A stretch of 40,002 bases of DNA from a virus (lineage: Duplodnaviria; Caudoviricetes): positions 1 through 40,002 of the IMG/VR virus record IMGVR_UViG_3300034100_000018; one strand, 5' to 3'. Made by a program: the position numbers and the translations under genes. The notes below the pieces were generated by a model, which saw nothing but the letters and a program-made list of their open reading frames with translations, was not told the DNA's origin and did no database searches. This document shows, one piece after another, positions 34,251 through 40,002 of the stretch (position 1 is its first letter; the number at the start of each line of letters is the position of its first letter).

Positions 34251-35324
34251 ATGGCTTTGACCACTGCACGCACCGGCTTGACGCCCCAACAATGGGACGA
34301 TCAATTTTTCATGGAATACGTCCGTGATAACCGCTTCAAGCGGTACATGGGCACGGATGAAAACTCCATCATCCACCTCAAAGAGGATCTGACGAAGAAG
34401 AAGGGCGACCGTGTCACCTTCGCAGCCGTCAACAAGCTGACCGGCGACGGTGTCACCGGCAATACCACGCTGGAAGGCAACGAGGAAGAACTAGACAGCC
34501 GCTCGATGGCTGTCACTGTGGCACCTCTTCGCCACGCTGTCGCCCTGACAGAGTGGGACGACCAAAAGAGCGCCATTGATCTGCGCAACGCCTCCAAAAC
34601 TGCCCTGAAGTTGTGGGCAATGGAGAAGATGAAAACCGGCATCATCACGGCGCTTGGCTCCATCAACGGCATTGCTTACGCATCGGCAAGCGAAGCCCAA
34701 AAGGACGCATGGCTGGTTGACAACTCTGACCGCGTGCTGTTCGGCGCAGCCAAGTCCAACGCATCCAGCAACGACCACAGCACATCGCTGGCAAACATCG
34801 ACAACACAAGCGACAAGCTGAGCCCCGCGATCATCTCGCTGGCAAAGCGCATCGCCCAGTCGGCAAGCCCCGCCATCAAGCCCATTCGCTTGAACGAGGA
34901 TGAAGAGTGGTTCGTGATGTTCGCTGGCCCTCAAGCCTTCCGCGATCTGTCGAACGACACCACGATGACCCAGGCCAACCGTGATGCACGAGTGCGCGGC
35001 ATGGACAATCCGCTGTTCACTGGCGGTTCGCTGATTTGGGACGGCGTGATCATTCGCGAAATCCCAGAGATCGCCGCCGTGTCGAACGGCACGATTGACT
35101 GTAACCCCAACTACTTGGTTGGCGCGCAGGCATTGGGCATTGCTTGGGCTCAACGCACCAAGACCACGACCCAGGTCAACGACTACGGCTTCCGCAATGG
35201 CGTCGGCATCCAGGAGATGCGCGGCATTGAAAAGCTGCTGTTCGGCTCCGGCGCTGGCGACACCGACGACCTCAAGCAACACGGCGTTGTGACCGTTTGG
35301 ACCGCTGGCGTTGCTGACGCTTGA
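34251..35324 (+). CDS. major capsid protein (N4 gp56 / DUF4043-like)
   Basis: DL.KKKGDRVTF...L.GDGV.G...LEGNEE; NPLFTG..IWDGV; DYG. Confidence 0.9.
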   Translation: MALTTARTGLTPQQWDDQFFMEYVRDNRFKRYMGTDENSIIHLKEDLTKKKGDRVTFAAVNKLTGDGVTGNTTLEGNEEELDSRSMAVTVAPLRHAVALTEWDDQKSAIDLRNASKTALKLWAMEKMKTGIITALGSINGIAYASASEAQKDAWLVDNSDRVLFGAAKSNASSNDHSTSLANIDNTSDKLSPAIISLAKRIAQSASPAIKPIRLNEDEEWFVMFAGPQAFRDLSNDTTMTQANRDARVRGMDNPLFTGGSLIWDGVIIREIPEIAAVSNGTIDCNPNYLVGAQALGIAWAQRTKTTTQVNDYGFRNGVGIQEMRGIEKLLFGSGAGDTDDLKQHGVVTVWTAGVADA

Positions 35325-35372
35325 TCTTGATGGGGCTTCGGCCCCGTCCACCCAATACTGAAAGGAATTGAA

Positions 35373-35867
35373 ATGGCTACTTTGACAGCTACGCGGGCCG
35401 CTGATGCGTTCCCCGTTTTCCAACCGACTGGCGCTGGCTTGGTGTGTGCTGCATACGGAACTTACGAACTGACAGCCGATCCATCCCCTGCTGACGTCAT
35501 CGAGATGTGCAAGGTTCCCGCTGGTGCTGTGATTCTCGGCGGGCATGTCTACGCCGCAGATTTGGACACCAACGCCACCGAGACCTTCGACATCGATGTC
35601 GGCTGGCTGGCCAACGGCGGCACCGGCACCTACGACGCTGCCGACGATGACGGCCTGGGCAACTTCGGCGTGATCACGGGCGATGCGTTCGCCACTGGCA
35701 ACGTCTCCAACGTAACGGGCGTCAACCTGCCATTGGCTGGCTTGCTGGTGACTGGCGTGCTGCCCACATTCACCAAAGAGACCACCATGGCCATCACCGT
35801 GGTGGACGACACCGCGACCTTCACGGCGGGCTCTATCTCGCTGGTCGTGTTCTACGTGGTGCCGTAA
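35373..35867 (+). CDS. putative capsid decoration protein
   Basis: 164-aa beta-rich protein directly after the MCP; SD AAGGA. Confidence 0.65.
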   Translation: MATLTATRAADAFPVFQPTGAGLVCAAYGTYELTADPSPADVIEMCKVPAGAVILGGHVYAADLDTNATETFDIDVGWLANGGTGTYDAADDDGLGNFGVITGDAFATGNVSNVTGVNLPLAGLLVTGVLPTFTKETTMAITVVDDTATFTAGSISLVVFYVVP

Positions 35868-36083
35868 ATGGCTACGTTCGCCTACCTTGGCGATCACGCC
35901 GAAACCCAGGTCTTCGGGCTTGTGTTTCGGCGTGGAGAGCCCACCGAAGTGGTGAGCGAAAAGCACGCCCTCAAGCTGCGCAACAACTGCGACTTCTCCG
36001 AGGTTGTTGAAGGCGTGGAAGTGCTCGACGCTGAGCCCCAAGAAGCGCGCACCAAGCGCAAGTACACCCGCAAGGCTGAGTAA
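35868..36083 (+). CDS. small virion-module protein
   Basis: 71 aa, basic C-terminus. Confidence 0.7.
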   Translation: MATFAYLGDHAETQVFGLVFRRGEPTEVVSEKHALKLRNNCDFSEVVEGVEVLDAEPQEARTKRKYTRKAE

Positions 36084-36742
36084 TGCCAACCTACACGTTC
36101 ACCCGCACACGAGAGCAGTTCGCGGCAAAAGTGCTAGGCAAGCTGGGCATTCTTGCGGCCGGTGAAACGGCTGGTGGCAACGACTTGGCCCTGGTGTCTG
36201 ATGCCATCGACATGCGCCTCAAGGAGCTGCATGTACTCGGCGTGTTGTGGTGGAACGTGTCAGGCGCGGCGACCGACATCGCACTCACTGCTGGTGTGGC
36301 TACGGCCACGATCAGCGCAACAGACTACCTGTTTCCGGTGTCCATGGCCGTGCGTATCGGCACCGAGGATCATGAGCTTGAGATCATCGATCACCGCACC
36401 TACCAGGCTATCCAGGACAAGACAAACCAGGGCGAACCTGAGCAGGTTTTCATTCAAGGAACGACGGTCAGGTTCTATCCGGTGCCTCAAAGCTCCTACA
36501 CGGCCAAGTTGACCTATCAGGCCATCGCCGAGGACAGCGCCACAAGCACGGCGCTTGACATTCGCACAGAGGCAATCCGCTCGTTCATCGACGTGGTTGC
36601 GGCGGACCTGATCGAGGAATACGAGACTCCTGAGCCCAAGGCATCGCGGCTGCTGGCAAAGCAGGCAGTTGGCCTCAATACATTGCGCGCACTCAACCAG
36701 CAGCGCGTGGACGTGACAACATCTCAACCGGACTACTTCTGA
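36083..36742 (+). CDS. head-tail adaptor (P22 gp4-like)
   Basis: KLGILAAGE N-terminus; G.P...F...FYPVP motif; synteny. Confidence 0.75.
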   Translation: MPTYTFTRTREQFAAKVLGKLGILAAGETAGGNDLALVSDAIDMRLKELHVLGVLWWNVSGAATDIALTAGVATATISATDYLFPVSMAVRIGTEDHELEIIDHRTYQAIQDKTNQGEPEQVFIQGTTVRFYPVPQSSYTAKLTYQAIAEDSATSTALDIRTEAIRSFIDVVAADLIEEYETPEPKASRLLAKQAVGLNTLRALNQQRVDVTTSQPDYF

Positions 36743-36743
36743 C

Positions 36744-38519
36744 ATGACTACCATTGCAAAAGGCAACGCCGATCAGTTCTCGGTTTACGTAGACTCGTCG
36801 GTGACGTTCACGCCGGGTTCTGGTGGGTCCATCAAGTTCGGCTGCTCGTCGCCCGCTGGCGTGACCCGCCCCATTGATCGACCCATCTATGCCGCTGAGA
36901 CCATCACGATCCCGGCGGGCTCTACGGTGTTTGTTGAGGCTGTTGACGCTGACGGCGCGTATGTGAACGCAACTGAAGCTGTATCGACTCCATTCTCAGC
37001 CGCCGTCATCGCAGCGCTGCAGGCAGTGCCGGGGCTTGGTGGTGGCGTTGTCACGCTGACTGCATCCCGAGCACTTGCTGCAAGCGATGCAGGCAAAACG
37101 CTGGTCTACGCAGGCTCCACAAACATCACCCTGACGACCGTGGCGGGCCTGGGGTCGTTTGTTGTGCTGCAGGCCGGCGCTGGCCGCGTCAACGTAGCTG
37201 GTGCGCGAGGCATCCCTCTCACCATTGGCACAGCCCGCCGCGTGACCTACACGGAAACGTCGGCGGGTGTGTACGAGGGTTCTGCATCCGCCAACGGGCC
37301 TATCGTTGCGCAGTCCACCGTTTGCATGGGCGGCGACTCGATTTTCGCCTACGGCAAGGGCGCATCGATCAACATTGCCACCGGCTTGAACATCGTCGCT
37401 TGGGCCTCGTCGCAAATGCACACGCGACTCGACATTATGTCAAACGTCGCTGTGGGTGGGCACACGATTGAGCAGTTCATGACGTCGCAACTGGCGTCGA
37501 TTGTGGCCGACACATCGGCAATCGCGTGGATTCACATCGGCGTCAACTCGCTCGCGTCAACCATCAGTTTGCAGGAGACGATTGAAACTGCTGAGGCCAA
37601 AATCAGGACGGCGCTTGTTGCGCTGTCTGCATCCAAGCAGTGTGTGATTTGGGACTCGATCAACCCCTTTACGTGGACATCGACTACGAATGACCGTGCG
37701 CTGGAGGTTCCGCTCTGGAACGAAATGTATGCGCGGGTTTGCTCTGAGTTCAGCAATGTGATCTTCAACGACACGTACAGTGAATTGCTGAATACCGCGT
37801 CGCTGATCGGTGACATCGATGCGGACAAATACACGTTCGACAACACGACGCTGAAAATCCATCAGAACACATGGGGCGCCAAGAAGCTCGGCTTCCGCAG
37901 TGCTCAGAATCTGCGCGACAGGCTCATCGTCATTCCGGCGTTCACGGCCACGAAATACGCGCTGCCTGATCTGAGCGGAACCACCGGCACAAAAACCCCT
38001 GGCAGCGGGACTATCACTGGGAATGCTCCAACGAATGTGACGGTCCAGTGCTCAGCTGGCACGCCAGCAGTCACTCTGACGCCCATCGAGGGCGGCACCG
38101 GCACGACTGTGAAGCGGTTGAACATGGCGATCACGTTCAACGGCGCGACCGACGCAATCAAGGTCCGCAACAGCAACACCACCGCGTTCAATGCCAATTT
38201 CGTGACAGGCGACAAGGTGCGGCTGGTGGCTCGGGTTCGAGCCAAATCCCAGGACACGCTTAAACTTTTCCAAGCCGGCCTATTCATCAACAGCACAAGT
38301 TCGGGCGTCGCCTACGTCAACGGGTACACAGCGACGGAAACCCCGAACATCCAGTTCCCGGATGAGTCGTGGGTTGCCACATTCCAGACGCCACCGTACA
38401 CGATTGTCGAGGCATCAATCACGTCGATGATGTGCGAGTTCTTGATCTGGACAACCGGTGCTGGTGCAGCTGACCTGAGCCTGATCGACTGGTGGTTTGA
38501 AAAGATCGTGGAAGCGTAA
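36744..38519 (+). CDS. virion-associated SGNH/GDSL hydrolase-domain protein
   Basis: GDSI (block I), AVGG (II), GVNS (III), D......H (V); beta-sandwich C-terminus. Confidence 0.75.
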   Translation: MTTIAKGNADQFSVYVDSSVTFTPGSGGSIKFGCSSPAGVTRPIDRPIYAAETITIPAGSTVFVEAVDADGAYVNATEAVSTPFSAAVIAALQAVPGLGGGVVTLTASRALAASDAGKTLVYAGSTNITLTTVAGLGSFVVLQAGAGRVNVAGARGIPLTIGTARRVTYTETSAGVYEGSASANGPIVAQSTVCMGGDSIFAYGKGASINIATGLNIVAWASSQMHTRLDIMSNVAVGGHTIEQFMTSQLASIVADTSAIAWIHIGVNSLASTISLQETIETAEAKIRTALVALSASKQCVIWDSINPFTWTSTTNDRALEVPLWNEMYARVCSEFSNVIFNDTYSELLNTASLIGDIDADKYTFDNTTLKIHQNTWGAKKLGFRSAQNLRDRLIVIPAFTATKYALPDLSGTTGTKTPGSGTITGNAPTNVTVQCSAGTPAVTLTPIEGGTGTTVKRLNMAITFNGATDAIKVRNSNTTAFNANFVTGDKVRLVARVRAKSQDTLKLFQAGLFINSTSSGVAYVNGYTATETPNIQFPDESWVATFQTPPYTIVEASITSMMCEFLIWTTGAGAADLSLIDWWFEKIVEA

Positions 38520-38644
38520 CCCAGACCACCAGCCCATCAATCTGCTGCTCAAGAGTTGCACACAGCAGCGCAGCAGCACGATGTGGCGAGAACTAGGGCG
38601 CTGGTATGGCGCAGCAACACAACCACGCAACAAAGGACGCAACG

Positions 38645-38737
38645 ATGGCGGCAGATCCACAAACAGCAAGTCAGATCGGAGCGGGCGCCCTGGGTGCTGC
38701 CGTTGTGACAGCCAATGGTGGCGGGACCATCGTTTAG
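38645..38737 (+). pseudogene. 30-codon remnant of a holin-like membrane gene
   Basis: SD AAGGA + MAADPQTASQIGAGALGAAVVTANGGGTIV*. Confidence 0.3.
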
Positions 38738-38739
38738 CA

Positions 38740-40002
38740 ATGACAAACCCGTCATACAACCAGCCATCACGCGCACACAGCGTAGAGCGTGCGGTCAATC
38801 TGATCCCGTGCCCGATTGAGACGCAAGACCGCATCAAGGCTGTGTACCGAGACTTCCCGGGCTTGACGCTCAAGGTCGATCTGGGCGGAGCCATTCGCGG
38901 AGCCATCAAGAGCAACGGCAGATCGTTCATTGTCGCCGGAACATCGATCCTTGAGCTGCACAGCGACTACACGACCACGAGCCGGGGCACGATTGCGGGC
39001 ACAGGATGGTGTGAGTTCGCGGCTATCCAGAGCTACATCGTTGTGACCAACGGGCCCACGTTACAGGCCATGGATCGCACCGGATCGACGTTCGCGGCGG
39101 TGGCGGGCTACCCTGGCGGAAAGCGCATTGACTCGCTCAACGAGTACCTGCTGTTCATCCATCAAGACTCGGGCCGCTTCGGTTGGTGCAACGTCGGCGA
39201 TGCGACGACCATCGACGCGCTGAGTTTTGCCACGGCAGAGTCAAGCCCTGATGACCTGATCGCGCTGGTGGTGTCGAACGAAGAAATCATCTTAATCGGG
39301 CGCGACGGCTCAGAGGCGTGGGCCAATGTCGGGGGTGATGAGGTGTTTGCGCGCAGGACAGCGGCCATCGAGGCGGGCACAGAGTCTCCCTATGCTGCGC
39401 GGTGTATGGACAACTCGGTGTTCTGGCTGGGCTCCAATGAGCGGTTCGGTCAGGGCGTGGTTTTCAGGCTCAACGGCTACACCCCCACGCGCATCAGCAC
39501 GCGATGGGTCGAGCAAAAGACAGCGGGCCGCGATCTGAGCGGAGCCTATGCGTTCACGCTGCAAGACGAGGGCAACGCCTTCTACGTGCTCCAGGTGCCC
39601 GGACTGGACACCACGCTGGTCTATGACGTGCTCACTGGCTGGTGGTTTGAAGCGGCAGAGCTGGTCGATGGCGACTATGATCGGTGGCGAGGTGATGTGC
39701 ATCTGTTCGCCCACAACATCCACATGATCGGTGATGCAGACGGCAATCTCTACAGTCTGGACAAAGACGCCCACACGAACGCGGGCGATACGCTGTGTCG
39801 GAGTTGGATACCTCCTGTCATCTCGACCAAAGATCAGCGGCGCTTGACTCTGGCCGACGTGAGCGTTTTGTGCGACACTGGCAGCGGCGGAGCCATGCTC
39901 ATGAGGGTGTCAGGCGACAATGGTGCCAGTTTTGGATCGTGGCGCGAGATAAGCCTGGGCGAGATTGGCGAGTATGACAAGCAGGTCAAGGCTCACCGAT
40001 GC
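38740..40002 (+). CDS. P22 gp10-like tail hub / packaged-DNA stabilization protein (wraps to 214; ~449 aa)
   Basis: Missing from the ORF track because it runs off the end; translates to SY..PSR..SVERAVNLIP, DFPGL, DALSFATAESSPD, DNSVFWLG, TLVYD..T..W.E; start uncertain (frame open from 38581). Confidence 0.85.
   Translation, partial: MTNPSYNQPSRAHSVERAVNLIPCPIETQDRIKAVYRDFPGLTLKVDLGGAIRGAIKSNGRSFIVAGTSILELHSDYTTTSRGTIAGTGWCEFAAIQSYIVVTNGPTLQAMDRTGSTFAAVAGYPGGKRIDSLNEYLLFIHQDSGRFGWCNVGDATTIDALSFATAESSPDDLIALVVSNEEIILIGRDGSEAWANVGGDEVFARRTAAIEAGTESPYAARCMDNSVFWLGSNERFGQGVVFRLNGYTPTRISTRWVEQKTAGRDLSGAYAFTLQDEGNAFYVLQVPGLDTTLVYDVLTGWWFEAAELVDGDYDRWRGDVHLFAHNIHMIGDADGNLYSLDKDAHTNAGDTLCRSWIPPVISTKDQRRLTLADVSVLCDTGSGGAMLMRVSGDNGASFGSWREISLGEIGEYDKQVKAHRC
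39876..40002. repeat. 127-bp terminal direct repeat, copy 2
   Basis: Identical to 1-127. Confidence 0.97.

Noticed and set aside
34491-36089. 532-aa antisense ORF (also 4612..5901, 10665..11396, 33270..34142)
   Set aside because: Shadow ORFs opposite well-supported genes in GC-rich sequence, with no motifs
39876-40002. Biological terminal repeat of the virion DNA
   Set aside because: The length of 127 equals a common assembler k-mer and the repeat cuts through a gene; best explained as circular contig overlap

Overview
This window is an apparently complete ~39,875-bp circular genome of a temperate, short-tailed (P22-like podovirus architecture) phage. The last 127 nt repeat the first 127 nt, as expected from assembly overlap. 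The host is probably a moderately GC-rich proteobacterium (inference). Modules: tail-hub/ejection proteins and a beta-helix tailspike (1-9128); a lysis cassette with holin-like genes and Rz/Rz1 but no recognisable endolysin (9132-10499); an intact attP with a tRNA 3' end and arm repeats, a P4-type tyrosine integrase and an AlpA-like excisionase (10493-12258); a leftward early operon (12258-22182) with small genes, Gp157, a Rad52/Sak-like annealing protein and an SNF2-helicase/DNA-methyltransferase fusion; a rightward operon with a replication initiator carrying internal iterons, a DnaB-like helicase, NinB, NinG and a putative late regulator (23040-29110); and head genes (TerS, TerL, portal, scaffold, N4-gp56-type MCP, gp4- and gp10-like proteins, SGNH protein). 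Most unusual features: (1) no CI/Cro repressor is recognisable. Instead, five early promoters share an ATAG-N7-C(A/G)AT box fused to the -35, one of them a near-perfect four-tetramer OxyR-type site, and the switch and nin regions hold several structured RNAs (two C4/CI-like RNAs, an attenuator-like leader, tandem tRNA-like RNAs). (2) A small array of canonical integron attC sites sits in the phage early operon, with the flanked genes antisense to attC polarity and two of them sharing a conserved leader. All product calls come from motif recognition and synteny, not database searches.
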